Shown here: piece by piece, positions 8,763 through 17,882 of the stretch
Position numbering within the stretch: the first letter of the stretch is position 1
How the letters are laid out: the number at the start of each line of letters is the position of its first letter
Source of the DNA: Candidatus Tepidifontimicrobium thermophilum
GTDB taxonomy: Bacteria > Sysuimicrobiota > Sysuimicrobiia > Sysuimicrobiales > Sysuimicrobiaceae
Assembly (NCBI GenBank): GCA_031459915.1
Contig: JAVKHO010000021.1
Location: 15,709 to 40,024, forward strand
Direction: 5' to 3'
DNA length: 24,316 nt
Notes under the pieces: generated by a model
Database searches by the model: none
Seen by the model: only the letters and a program-made list of their open reading frames with translations
What the model was told of the DNA's origin: nothing
Translations under genes and position numbers: made by a program

Positions 8763-9422
8763 CTACTCCTCCCCTTCTTCGGCGGCCTTCCCCTTGCCCA
8801 CCACCTCCGGCTGCGCCGGAACTTCCTCCGCAGCCGCGGGGGCTTCCTCCGGCGCTACCGCGGGGGCCAGGACGGTCACCAGCGTCTCCTCCGGCGGAGT
8901 CAGGACGGTCACCCCCGGCGGGACCTTGAGGTCGCGGACGTGCAGGGAGTCGCCCAGGGCCAGCCGGGAGACGTCCAGCTCCAGGTGGTCCGGCAGGTCC
9001 GTAGGCAGGCCCGTGACCTCCACCTCGTGCCGCAGGAACTCCAGGATTCCCCCCTCCCGCACGCCGGGGGGCTCCCCCTTCAGGCGGACGGGCAGACGCG
9101 TGTACACCTTCTCCGTCAGGCTGATGCGGTGCAGGTCCACGTGGAGGATCCGGCGGGTCAGCACGTCCCGCTGCACGTCCTGTAGCATGGCGAGCTCCGT
9201 ACGCACGTGGCCGTCCTCCCGGACCAGGACGTCCAAAAGCACGTTGGCACCCGCCAGTCTCTGCAGGGCCGCCTCCACCGCCCGCGCGTCCACCGAGATG
9301 GCCAGGGGCTCAATCCCGCGCCCGTAGAGCACACCGGGCACGCGCCCCGCGCGGCGCAGCTTGCGGACCGCGGACTTCCCCCGTTCCCCGCGCGCGTCGA
9401 CCTCTAACGTCAGCCGCTGCAT
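8763..9422 (-). CDS. rplY: 50S ribosomal protein L25 (long Ctc/TL5 type)
   Basis: RGKSAVRKLRRAGRVPGVLYG, ILHVDL, GVREGGILE, acidic tail. Adjacent to pth, which is common synteny. Confidence 0.95.
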   Translation of the reverse strand: MQRLTLEVDARGERGKSAVRKLRRAGRVPGVLYGRGIEPLAISVDARAVEAALQRLAGANVLLDVLVREDGHVRTELAMLQDVQRDVLTRRILHVDLHRISLTEKVYTRLPVRLKGEPPGVREGGILEFLRHEVEVTGLPTDLPDHLELDVSRLALGDSLHVRDLKVPPGVTVLTPPEETLVTVLAPAVAPEEAPAAAEEVPAQPEVVGKGKAAEEGEE

Positions 9423-9455
9423 ACGGAACCTCCCTGGGTCTGAGCCCAGGGCAGC

Positions 9456-9464
9456 ATTATAGCA
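9456..9464 (-). promoter_or_regulatory. Extended -10 promoter of rplY
   Basis: TGCTATAAT (TGn plus consensus TATAAT) 33 nt upstream of the ATG in a GC-rich background. Confidence 0.75.
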
Positions 9465-9479
9465 GCCCTGGCCCCAGGC

Positions 9480-9899
9480 CTACTCCAGGAACCGCAGCAG
9501 CGCCCGGATGCGGCTTTCCAGTTCGTCCCGGACGCTCCGGAAGGCCCGCAGCCTCTGTTCTTCCGGACCCTGCACCTCCACGGGGTCCGGCAGGTCCCAG
9601 TGGAGGGTTTGCGCCCCGGGGAACGACGGACAGGTCTGCCGGGCCCGGTCGCACACCGTCACCACGTAGTCGAAGGCCTGACCCTGAAACTCTGAGACGG
9701 GCTTGGACCGCTGCCCTGAGATGTCTACCCCCCGCTCCGCCATGACCCGCACGGCCAGGGGGTCTAGACCCCTGGGCTCCGTGCCCGCGCTGTACACGTG
9801 GACCCGGCCGGCGGAGAGGTGGCGCAGCCAGCCCTCCGCCATCTGCGACCGCGCGGAGTTGCCGGTGCACAGAAACAGGACCCGCACGGGGTGCCTCAC
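9480..9899 (-). CDS. arsC: Thioredoxin-dependent arsenate reductase (LMW-PTP fold)
   Basis: P-loop LCTGNSARSQMAEG, resolving pair TVCDRARQTCP, HWDLPDP. GTGA overlap with the phoU stop. Confidence 0.85.
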   Translation of the reverse strand: MRHPVRVLFLCTGNSARSQMAEGWLRHLSAGRVHVYSAGTEPRGLDPLAVRVMAERGVDISGQRSKPVSEFQGQAFDYVVTVCDRARQTCPSFPGAQTLHWDLPDPVEVQGPEEQRLRAFRSVRDELESRIRALLRFLE

Positions 9900-10570
9900 A
9901 CGTTCAGCTCCCGCAATTCCCCCGTGACGATGTACACCACACGCTCGGCCACGTTCGTCAGGTGGTCCGCGGCCCGCTCCAGGTGCTGCGCCACCAGGAT
10001 CAGGTCCAGGGCCCGGGAGATGGTCCGCGGGTCCTCCACCATGTAGGTGAGGAGCTCCCGGAACACCTGGGTGCGGAGGGCGTCCACCAGGTCGTCCTTC
10101 TGGGCCAGGGACTGCGCGAGGGCGGCGTCGCGGCCGACGAAGGCCTGCAGGGCGTCCTGCAGCATCTCCTGAACCAGCCGCTCCATGTACGGGATGTCCA
10201 CCAGGGGCTTCAGAAGTGGCTCTCGGCTCAGACGCTTGGTGGCCTTCGCGATCCCCTCCGCGTGGTCCGCCATGCGCTCCAGGTCGATGGAGATGGCCAG
10301 CACGGACATCAGGACCCGGAGGTCCCCCGCCATGGGCTGCTGGGTCGCCAGCAACTTCGCCACCCGCTCCTCCAGGTCCAGGTGCAGGCGGTCCACCACG
10401 TCGTCCTCCGCGATGACCGCCTCCGCGGCCTGCACGTCCTGCTTCTTGAGGGCCTCCACCGCCCGGTGGATGAGGTCGCCCGCCAGGCTGCCCATGCGGA
10501 CCACGTCCTCCTCCAGACGGCGTAGGGCCTCGTCGTACGCCTCCCGGATGTGGCGCCCGCCCCCCGACAC
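9896..10570 (-). CDS. phoU: Phosphate signalling protein PhoU
   Basis: QQPMAGDLR, DLERMADHA, HLERAADHLTNVAERVVY. GTG start at 10570 (or 10579). Confidence 0.95.
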   Translation of the reverse strand: MSGGGRHIREAYDEALRRLEEDVVRMGSLAGDLIHRAVEALKKQDVQAAEAVIAEDDVVDRLHLDLEERVAKLLATQQPMAGDLRVLMSVLAISIDLERMADHAEGIAKATKRLSREPLLKPLVDIPYMERLVQEMLQDALQAFVGRDAALAQSLAQKDDLVDALRTQVFRELLTYMVEDPRTISRALDLILVAQHLERAADHLTNVAERVVYIVTGELRELNV

Positions 10571-10584
10571 GACTCCCACCCCCT

Positions 10585-11403
10585 TCAGCCGAACCGACCC
10601 GTGATGTAGTCCTCCGTGCGCCGGTCCCGGGGCCGGGTGAACAGTTCCTCCGTGGGACCGAACTCCACCAGCTCCCCGTCCAGCAGGAACGCGGTGAAGT
10701 CCGACACCCGGGCCGCCTGCTGCATGTTGTGGGTGACGATGACCAGCGTGTAGTCCCGCTTGAGCTCCTCCATGAGGGCCTCGATGCGGGCGGTGGAGAT
10801 GGGGTCCAGAGCGGAACACGGTTCGTCCAGGAGCAGGACCTCGGGCTCCACCGCCAGCGCCCGCGCGATGCAGAGCCGCTGCTGTTGGCCGCCGGACAGC
10901 TCGAGGCCGCTCTTCCGGTGCAGGTCGTCCTTCACCTCGTCCCACAGGGCCGCCTGCCGCAGGGCCCGCTCCACCCGCTCGTCCAGCTCCCGCCGGCTCA
11001 GACGTCGGTGGAGGCGCAGGCCGAAGGCCACGTTCTCGTACACCGACTTCGGGAAGGGATTCGGCTTCTGAAACACCATACCGATCCGCAGCCGCACCTC
11101 CACTGGGTCCACACCTGCCCCGTACAGGTCCTGGCCCCGGAACAGCACCCGCCCCTCGGTGCGGACCCCGGGGATCAGCTCGTTCATCCGGTTGATGGCG
11201 CGCACCAGGGTGCTTTTCCCGCAACCCGACGGGCCGATCACCGCCGTGATGCGGCGCTCCGGTACGTCCAGGGTGACACCGCGCAGTGCCGGTTGCGCGC
11301 CATACCACACCCGCAGGTCCTCCGTCCTGAGGACCGGCGCGCCGGGCGCGACCCCCCGGTGCACCACCTCCGGCCTCAGCCGCGCTTCCACCGCTGCGTC
11401 CAT
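10585..11403 (-). CDS. pstB: Phosphate ABC transporter ATPase
   Basis: [52 protein letters not shown]. Confidence 0.97.
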   Translation of the reverse strand: MDAAVEARLRPEVVHRGVAPGAPVLRTEDLRVWYGAQPALRGVTLDVPERRITAVIGPSGCGKSTLVRAINRMNELIPGVRTEGRVLFRGQDLYGAGVDPVEVRLRIGMVFQKPNPFPKSVYENVAFGLRLHRRLSRRELDERVERALRQAALWDEVKDDLHRKSGLELSGGQQQRLCIARALAVEPEVLLLDEPCSALDPISTARIEALMEELKRDYTLVIVTHNMQQAARVSDFTAFLLDGELVEFGPTEELFTRPRDRRTEDYITGRFG

Positions 11404-11413
11404 GGTCTCCTCC

Positions 11414-12295
11414 TCACCACCGGATGCGGGTCCGGTTCCGCAACCAGATGGCCGTGCCGTTCAGGGCCAGCAGGACCGCCAGCAACAACAGGATGCCCGC
11501 CGCGGCCAGCCGGTGGAACTCGGGGTTGGGCAAGGACACGTAGTTGAAGATCTGGATGGGCAAGACCGTGAAGTAGTCCCACACCCCCCGCGGGAGGAAG
11601 GGGACGTACTGCAGCGCTCCCAGCATGATGAGGGGAGCGGTCTCGCCCACGGCCCGGGAGAGCGACAGGATCGTCCCCGTGAGGATGCCGGGCGCCGCGT
11701 ACGGCAGCACGTGGTGCCGCACCACCTCCCAGCGGGTAGCGCCCAGGGCGTAGGCGGCCTCCCGCACGGAAAACGGCACCGCCCGGATGGCCTCACGGCT
11801 GGACAGGATGGTGAGGGGTAGGACCAACAGGGCCAGGGTGAGCGCTCCTGCCAGAACGCTCTTGCCCATCCGCAGCCCCTCCACGAACAGCCCCAGGCCC
11901 AGAAGGCCGTACAGGACCGAAGGGACCGCGGCCAGGTTTGCGATGTTCACCTCCAGCAGCCGGGCCAGGCGGCCTGGGGGCGCATACTCCTCCAAGTACA
12001 CCGCCGCGGCCACACCCAGAGGGAAGGCCACCAGGCCCATGAGGCCCGTCACGTACAGGGTCCCCACCAAGGCACTCGCGTAGCCCGCCTGCTGGGGGAA
12101 CCGGGACGGGAAGTTCGTGACCAGTTCCGCTCGCAGGTAACCGGCCCCGTCCCGGGCCACGTCCACCAACAGGATCGCCAGGAACACCAAGCCGAGCAGC
12201 GTGGCGGCCTGGCAGGCGGCCACGAACAGCCGCGCGGCAGCCTCCCGCCGCTCCAGGCGCCGGCGCCACAGCCTCTCCACGGCCACAGCGCTCAC
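11414..12295 (-). CDS. pstA: Phosphate ABC transporter permease PstA
   Basis: [43 protein letters not shown] overlaps the pstC stop. Confidence 0.95.
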   Translation of the reverse strand: MSAVAVERLWRRRLERREAAARLFVAACQAATLLGLVFLAILLVDVARDGAGYLRAELVTNFPSRFPQQAGYASALVGTLYVTGLMGLVAFPLGVAAAVYLEEYAPPGRLARLLEVNIANLAAVPSVLYGLLGLGLFVEGLRMGKSVLAGALTLALLVLPLTILSSREAIRAVPFSVREAAYALGATRWEVVRHHVLPYAAPGILTGTILSLSRAVGETAPLIMLGALQYVPFLPRGVWDYFTVLPIQIFNYVSLPNPEFHRLAAAGILLLLAVLLALNGTAIWLRNRTRIRW

Positions 12296-13284
12296 AGGTA
12301 CCGCTCCCGGAAGCGTCGAACGACCCGCACGCTGAACACGTTCATGGCAAACGTCGCCGCAAACAGCAGCATCCCCACCGCGAACAGGGTCCGGTACTCC
12401 ACCGAGCCGTAAGGGGTGTCGCCCAGACTGACCTGCACGATGAACGCGGTGATGGTCTCCACCGTCTCCAGGGGGTTGGCAGTCCAGTTCGGGCTCTGCC
12501 CCGCGGCCAGGGCAACGATCATGGTTTCCCCCAACGCCCGCGACAGGGCGAGCACGCACGCGGCCGCGATCCCCGACAGGGCCGCAGGCACCACCACGCG
12601 CACCGCCACCTCCATGCGGGTGGCACCCAGGGCAAACGCCCCGTACCGCAGGTCCAGGGGTACTGCGCGCATCACGTCCTCGCTCAGGGAGGAGACCAGG
12701 GGCAGGATCATGATGCCCATCACCAGCCCCGCAGACAGGGCGTTCTGTCCCGCCATGGCGGGCCCGAACACGTGGTCCTGCAGGAACGGGGTCACGAAGG
12801 TGAGGGCAAAGTAACCGTACACGATGGTGGGGACCCCGGCCAGGAGTTCCAACGCGGGCTTCACCCGCGCCCGCACGGATTCGGGGGCGAACTCACTGAG
12901 GTACACCGCGGCCAGCAGGCCCAGGGGGACCGCCACCGCCAGGGCGACGGCGCTGGTGAGCACGGTGCCCGCCACCAGGGGAAGCACGCCGAAACGCTTC
13001 GTGCTGTACAACGGGCTCCACGTGGTCTCGGTGAAGAACTCCTGCACGAGCTTCCCCGGCCGGCCCACCAGGTCCGGCCGGGCTTCCGCAAACCGCTGCA
13101 GGTCCGCCCGGACCGACACGAGCCGGGGGTCTGCAGCGTCCAGGGGCAGCCGGAAGAACTGAATGGTCTCGAAGACCAGCACTGCCACGATGGCCACGGT
13201 CACCCCCACGGACAGCAGGGCGCTCGCGGCCAATCCCCGCTCGAGCCACCGTTCCACACGCCTTCCCCTGCCCACAGACTCCAC
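12292..13284 (-). CDS. pstC: Phosphate ABC transporter permease PstC
   Basis: [34 protein letters not shown]. The start may instead be the GTG at 13257, which has the better SD-like sequence. Confidence 0.95.
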   Translation of the reverse strand: MESVGRGRRVERWLERGLAASALLSVGVTVAIVAVLVFETIQFFRLPLDAADPRLVSVRADLQRFAEARPDLVGRPGKLVQEFFTETTWSPLYSTKRFGVLPLVAGTVLTSAVALAVAVPLGLLAAVYLSEFAPESVRARVKPALELLAGVPTIVYGYFALTFVTPFLQDHVFGPAMAGQNALSAGLVMGIMILPLVSSLSEDVMRAVPLDLRYGAFALGATRMEVAVRVVVPAALSGIAAACVLALSRALGETMIVALAAGQSPNWTANPLETVETITAFIVQVSLGDTPYGSVEYRTLFAVGMLLFAATFAMNVFSVRVVRRFRERYL

Positions 13285-13298
13285 CTTGCGCAGGCCCT

Positions 13299-13315
13299 GT
13301 TAAGTCCCGGTTAAG
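13299..13315 (-). promoter_or_regulatory. Pho-box-like direct repeat upstream of pstC
   Basis: Two CTTAAC units exactly 11 bp apart. Confidence 0.55.
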
Positions 13316-13433
13316 CTCGGGGTCCGGCGGCGGGCGGCGTCGGCGGTGTCGGCCGGTGGGGGACCCGCCGCCAGACCTCCGGCAGGAACGGGCCGGAGCC
13401 CTGGCTTGGCTTGGCGGCTCCGGCCGGGGAGCG

Positions 13434-14558
13434 CTACCGGCAGTGGGCCACATAGGCCCTGTTCACTTGCTCCAGGGTGGCGTGCCCCGCGGGCCTGCCG
13501 CCCTCCCGGAAAGCGGTGCCCGGCCGGAGCCGCGCAACACACTGCCGCGCGGCCGCGTACACCGCCTCGGGGAACTCCACGTACCCCACTGCCCGGGTGA
13601 GGTTGGTCTTCCTGCCCCGCTGCCGCGGGTCGTCCACCTGCAGGTTCACCCCCGTGGCCGGACCCACGTACCACCCGGCGAACTCGCGGACCTCCGGCTT
13701 CGCGAGGGCGCTGGTGCGGTTCAGGTAGATGAAGAGGGGACGGGTCAACGGGTAGCGCCCCGACTTGGTGTTGTCAAAGGTCGGCTCGATCCCGCGGCAC
13801 TGGTCGTTGGACGCGAGGTCCACCCGCTCGCTGGGGTCGACGGCCACCCCCTTCACGCGCCCCAGGTTCTCCTCCAGGTACGCCAGACCGAAGTACCCTA
13901 GGCCGCCCTCGTCCCGGCTGACGAACTGTACGGTCACGTTGTCGTCCTCGGTCGCCAAATAGTCCCCCCGGCTGGCCTTCGCCCGCCCCACCACTATCTC
14001 CGTGAAGGTGTCGAACGTCCCTGAGTCAGCTCCCGCTCCCGCCAGCCGGAGAGGCCGGTCGGGGAAGGTCGACCGGATCTGGCGCCAGCTGGTGACCCTG
14101 CGCTCCGCCCCGGGCTCCCACATGCGCTTGAGCTCCCCGAGGGTGAGGCAGGTGGCCCACGTGTTGCGGGGGTGTACCACCACGCTCAGCCCGTCGATGG
14201 CTACCGGGACCTCCACGTAGCTCACCTGGTTCCGCCGGCACGCCTCGTCCTCCTCAGGCCGGATGGGCCGGGAGGCGTCCTGGATGTCCGTACGGGACTG
14301 GGGGCTGTCCGCGCAGAACTTCTTGAACCCGCCCCCGGTCCCGCTGATGCCCACGGTGATCCGCACGGATCGGCCCTGCGGCGTCTTGCGGAACTCTTCC
14401 GCCACCGCGCTCGTGAGCGGCGCCACGGTGCTGGAGCCGTCCACCACGATGGTCCCCGCAGGGCTGGCAGTGCCGCCGGCGCGCTGCTGCGCCCACCCCG
14501 CCCCCACCAGGGTCCCGACCACCATCGCTGCCAGAATCGCCGCCAAGTGCCTGTTCAC
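13434..14558 (-). CDS. pstS: Phosphate ABC transporter substrate-binding protein PstS
   Basis: Signal peptide, [42 protein letters not shown]. Confidence 0.95.
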   Translation of the reverse strand: MNRHLAAILAAMVVGTLVGAGWAQQRAGGTASPAGTIVVDGSSTVAPLTSAVAEEFRKTPQGRSVRITVGISGTGGGFKKFCADSPQSRTDIQDASRPIRPEEDEACRRNQVSYVEVPVAIDGLSVVVHPRNTWATCLTLGELKRMWEPGAERRVTSWRQIRSTFPDRPLRLAGAGADSGTFDTFTEIVVGRAKASRGDYLATEDDNVTVQFVSRDEGGLGYFGLAYLEENLGRVKGVAVDPSERVDLASNDQCRGIEPTFDNTKSGRYPLTRPLFIYLNRTSALAKPEVREFAGWYVGPATGVNLQVDDPRQRGRKTNLTRAVGYVEFPEAVYAAARQCVARLRPGTAFREGGRPAGHATLEQVNRAYVAHCR

Positions 14559-14609
14559 GGTCGCGCCACCTCCCTCTCCTCGGTCTCGCGGTCAGGGTGC
14601 CTTCCCAAG

Positions 14610-14648
14610 TTCAAGCTGGAAGTAAGGCCTGATTAAGAGAGCGTAAAG
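14610..14648 (-). promoter_or_regulatory. Array of four Pho-box-like repeats upstream of pstS
   Basis: Minus strand CTTTAC, CTTAAT, CTTACT, CTTGAA at an exact 11-bp period. Confidence 0.65.
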
Positions 14649-14652
14649 TGGC

Positions 14653-14681
14653 TTGCCTCCTTTCCGCGGGTCCCCTAACGT
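14653..14681 (+). promoter_or_regulatory. Candidate sigma70 promoter of sppA
   Basis: TTGCCT-17 nt-TAACGT. Confidence 0.5.
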
Positions 14682-14726
14682 GTTCACCGAGCTGCCGCGA
14701 ATCACCGGTGTTGAGGGGGTGCGAGG

Positions 14727-15683
14727 GTGCAACGGCCGGTGGTGTGGACCGCGGGCGTGGTGCTGGCTGTGGTAGCCCTGCTGGTCGCGGCCCTGGTAGG
14801 GGCTGCAGTTGGCTTTGCCCTGGGGACCGGGCTCCGGCCCCTCGGAGATGCCGGCGAGCGGGTGGTGGCGGGGGAAGGTGCGGACAAGGTGGCCCTGGTA
14901 CGGGTGGTGGGCGCCATCAGCCAGGAAGGCGGAGGCCTGCTGTCCTTCGGGCCGGTGGCCTCGTCCCGCCGGGTCCTCGAGCAGCTGGAGCGGGCCCGCC
15001 GGGACCGGGCGGTCAAGGCGGTGGTGGTGGAGCTCAACACGCCCGGAGGATCCGTGGTCGCCAGCGCCCAGATCCACGACAAGCTGGTGGAGCTGCGCCG
15101 GGCCGGCAAGCCCGTGGTGGCGCTCCTAACAGAAGTGGCGGCCTCCGGCGGTTACTACGTGGCGGCCGGCGCGGACCGCGTGGTAGCAGACCCCTCCACC
15201 CTGACAGGCAGCATCGGCGTCATCGTGGTGCTCCCGAACCTGCAGGAGTTCAACCGGCGGATCGGCCTGCGCACCGTGGTGTTCAAGAGCGGCCGGTTCA
15301 AGGACATGGGCAATCCCGACCGGTCCCTGACCCAGGAGGAGGCCAAGCTGTTCCAGGGGATCGTGGACGAGGCGTACCGGCGGTTCGTGGACGTGGTGGT
15401 GCAGGGCCGGCGCATGGAGCGCTCGCGGGTGTTGCAGCTGGCGGACGGGCGGATCTACACGGGCGCACAGGCTCAACGGCTTGGGCTGGTCGACCGCCTC
15501 GGGTCCTTACAGGAGGCGGTCTCCGAAGCCCTGCAGCTGGCCCGAATCCCCCGGGCGCGGGTGGTGGAGTACACGGGAGGAGGCTGGCTCGGCACCGTGC
15601 TCGGTCTCCGCGGGCCCGGAACCCAGCGGGGGTGGGTTTCGGAGGCGCAGCCCTTCAGCCTCCAGTACCTGATGGCCCCCTGA
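14727..15683 (+). CDS. sppA: Signal peptide peptidase SppA (short S49 type)
   Basis: N-terminal TM helix, LNTPGGSV, AASGGYY, TGSIGV, KSGRFKDMG, DGRIYTGAQA..GLVD. Confidence 0.93.
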   Translation: MQRPVVWTAGVVLAVVALLVAALVGAAVGFALGTGLRPLGDAGERVVAGEGADKVALVRVVGAISQEGGGLLSFGPVASSRRVLEQLERARRDRAVKAVVVELNTPGGSVVASAQIHDKLVELRRAGKPVVALLTEVAASGGYYVAAGADRVVADPSTLTGSIGVIVVLPNLQEFNRRIGLRTVVFKSGRFKDMGNPDRSLTQEEAKLFQGIVDEAYRRFVDVVVQGRRMERSRVLQLADGRIYTGAQAQRLGLVDRLGSLQEAVSEALQLARIPRARVVEYTGGGWLGTVLGLRGPGTQRGWVSEAQPFSLQYLMAP

Positions 15684-15710
15684 GGGATCACGCAAACTTC
15701 ATAAGAGGGT

Positions 15711-16619
15711 TTATGGCTCGCCGGCCCTGGGGGCTTCCAGCCGGAACAGCCGGCGGGCGTTGCCCGACATGACGAGCGCCCGTTCCTCCTCCGACAGGCC
15801 CAACCGCTCCAGGATCTGCAGCTGCTCTTCCAGGACGCCGCCGCGGTAGGGCCCCACAGCGGTGTCGGTCCCGAACACCACCCGCTGCGGCCCGAACGCC
15901 CGCAGGGCGTCCGCGAACACGGACTCCAAAGAGGGGTTCCCGGGGGTGTACTGCCGCCAGTTGTTGGTCCCAGAGGTGTCCACGAACACGTTGTCGGTGT
16001 GGTAGGCGAGGAACAACGTCTCGCGCAGGAAGCCGGCCCCGAAGTGGGCGATGCCGAACGTCACCTCCGGAAACTGTTTGACCGCCGCGGACAGGGACAG
16101 GGGATTCGCGTAGGTCAGGTCATAGAGAGGCGCCACGGTGATCCCGAAGTGAAACAGGACCGGGATCTCCAGCTCCGCGGCCTTCTCGTAGACGGGGAAG
16201 ACTGCCCGGTCGCTGGCGTGGAACCGCTGGGTGGGCGGGTACAGCTTCAGGCCCCGCAGCCCCCACTCACGGAAGCGTGCCACAATGCGCGGCGCGTCCG
16301 GGTGGAGAGGGTCTGGGAGGCTGCCCCACCCGAAGAACCGCCGGGGGTTCAGGGAGCAGAATTCCGCCAGTTCCTCGTTGGCTTCCCCCACCGCGATGAA
16401 GAAGGCGGCTGCCACCCCGTGGGCGTCCAGCTGCTGTGCCCACCACGCGGCGATCTCCTCCAGGCTCTGGCCCGCGAGCTGCTGCAGCCGGTTCCGCCGG
16501 GCCTGTGCGGCCGCTTCGAGCGCCCGGGCACGGATGGGGACGTTGGGCCGCACCGCGCGCTCCACCATGCGCGGGGTGACCAGGTGGACGTGGGCGTCGA
16601 CGACCTCGAAAGGGCGCAC
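15711..16619 (-). CDS. Amidohydrolase-2 family metal-dependent hydrolase
   Basis: VDAHVH, GLKLYP, VLFHFG, AHFG, VFGTD, GNARRLF. Confidence 0.85.
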   Translation of the reverse strand: MRPFEVVDAHVHLVTPRMVERAVRPNVPIRARALEAAAQARRNRLQQLAGQSLEEIAAWWAQQLDAHGVAAAFFIAVGEANEELAEFCSLNPRRFFGWGSLPDPLHPDAPRIVARFREWGLRGLKLYPPTQRFHASDRAVFPVYEKAAELEIPVLFHFGITVAPLYDLTYANPLSLSAAVKQFPEVTFGIAHFGAGFLRETLFLAYHTDNVFVDTSGTNNWRQYTPGNPSLESVFADALRAFGPQRVVFGTDTAVGPYRGGVLEEQLQILERLGLSEEERALVMSGNARRLFRLEAPRAGEP

Positions 16620-16626
16620 CGCAGCC

Positions 16627-17112
16627 CTAGAACTTGTACCCGAACTTGCGCAGTAGGTCCTTGCGCCAGGTCACCTCAGCGTCGTCCTCCACCCCCAGGG
16701 GCTTGAACCCGTCCATCACCCCCAGCACCGCCCGCTGGTCCCCTTCCTCGGCCACCACCACCAGCAGGGGGTTTGCGGTGGCTGCGAAGACCCGCACCAC
16801 CTCCGGGCAGGCCTTCACCGCGTGCAGGACGTTGATGGGGTAGTACCCCTCGCCCAGCACGATCAGGAAGGTGTGGCCCGCCGCGATGGCGAGCACGTTC
16901 CGCACCGCTAGGTCCACCAGCCGCGGGTCGGTCCCTGACCGGCGCACGAGCCGCTTGCCCGAGGCCTCCGAGAAGGCCAGGCCGAACTTGATCCCGGGTA
17001 CCGCAGTGACCAGCGCCTCGTGGAGGTCCTCCACGGTCTTGATGAAGTGGGACTGCCCCAGGATGACGTTAAGAGGGTCCGGCTTTTCGATGGGAACGAG
17101 CTTGAGTTCCAT
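16627..17112 (-). CDS. Adenosine-specific kinase family protein (DUF355)
   Basis: NVILGQSHFIKTVEDL, FGLAFSEASG, GHTF, YPINVL, ATANP, VLGVMDG, RKDLLRKFGYK. Confidence 0.88.
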   Translation of the reverse strand: MELKLVPIEKPDPLNVILGQSHFIKTVEDLHEALVTAVPGIKFGLAFSEASGKRLVRRSGTDPRLVDLAVRNVLAIAAGHTFLIVLGEGYYPINVLHAVKACPEVVRVFAATANPLLVVVAEEGDQRAVLGVMDGFKPLGVEDDAEVTWRKDLLRKFGYKF

Positions 17113-17161
17113 ACTTTGGATTCTACTGGAAGCCGACGCGCCGGGTGGAGCGGCCCTGGGA

Positions 17162-17825
17162 TCAGGCGATCCCTCCGGGTTCTAGCCCTGTGGCCACCAG
17201 GACCCCGTCCCGAACCTCGTAGATGAAGCAGCGGGGCGGCCGGGGAGCGGGTCCTGACAGCACCCGGCCGGGCACCTCCCGGTCCGCGGGGTCGAAGATG
17301 GACAGGTGGCAGGGGCAGGCCAGTAGCCCGTGCCGGCGCACCTCAGGCGGCACGTACCCGCCGTGGCCCGCCGTGACCTCCCGCCAGTTCGGCACGTAGT
17401 TGAAGATGCAGCCCACGTGCGGGCAGATGCGGGAGAACACCACGATGTCCGTGGGCTCCTTCCCGGCCTTGTAGCCGGGGGAGCTCAACTTCCACGGCAG
17501 CTTGATGGCCACCCCGGGGACCGCGGCCGCCTTGGCCCGCTCCGGCGTGTACTGGGGGTACTTCTGGGTGAACACGAAGAACTTGCTGGACCAGGGCTGC
17601 TGCAGCTCCTCCAGGGCGGCGACGGAGGACGGTTCCCCTTTCGGGAGATCCCCCTCTGTCAGGTGAGGGAGCTTCCCGTGCAGCACGCCGAGCCCTGGAT
17701 CCAAGCTCGGCTTGAGGTAGCGCAGGAGGGAGAGGCGAAGGCAGCAAGGGCACCTAGGCCGGGGATCTGCCCAGCCACCGGAGAAAGGTCCGCCGATCCG
17801 GCAGCGGTTTTTCTCCCCTTGCCAT
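17162..17825 (-). pseudogene. Tat-anchored Rieske [2Fe-2S] protein interrupted by two -1 frameshifts (pseudogene or sequence error)
   Basis: Rieske boxes CPHVGC and CPCHLS plus GPAPRP in one frame. ATG at 17825 with DRRTFLRW (Tat motif) in a second frame ending at TAG 17754-17756. The TM segment QIPGLGALAAFASP is in the third frame. Confidence 0.75.
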
Positions 17826-17827
17826 CG

Positions 17828-17844
17828 TACTACCGCCAGTAGTA
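17828..17844. promoter_or_regulatory. BlaI-type operator palindrome between divergent promoters
   Basis: Perfect TACTAC-CGCCA-GTAGTA, flanked by TTGCCA (+, 17819-17824) and TGCTATTAT (-, 17845-17853). Confidence 0.7.
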
Positions 17845-17882
17845 ATAATAGCAATAGCACGAGGCCACAGGGAGGGGAAGCC

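Noticed and set aside
17754..17756. TAG read-through or programmed frameshift restoring the Rieske protein
   Set aside because: Two separate frame changes are needed and no slippery heptamer is present. Read-through alone stays out of frame.
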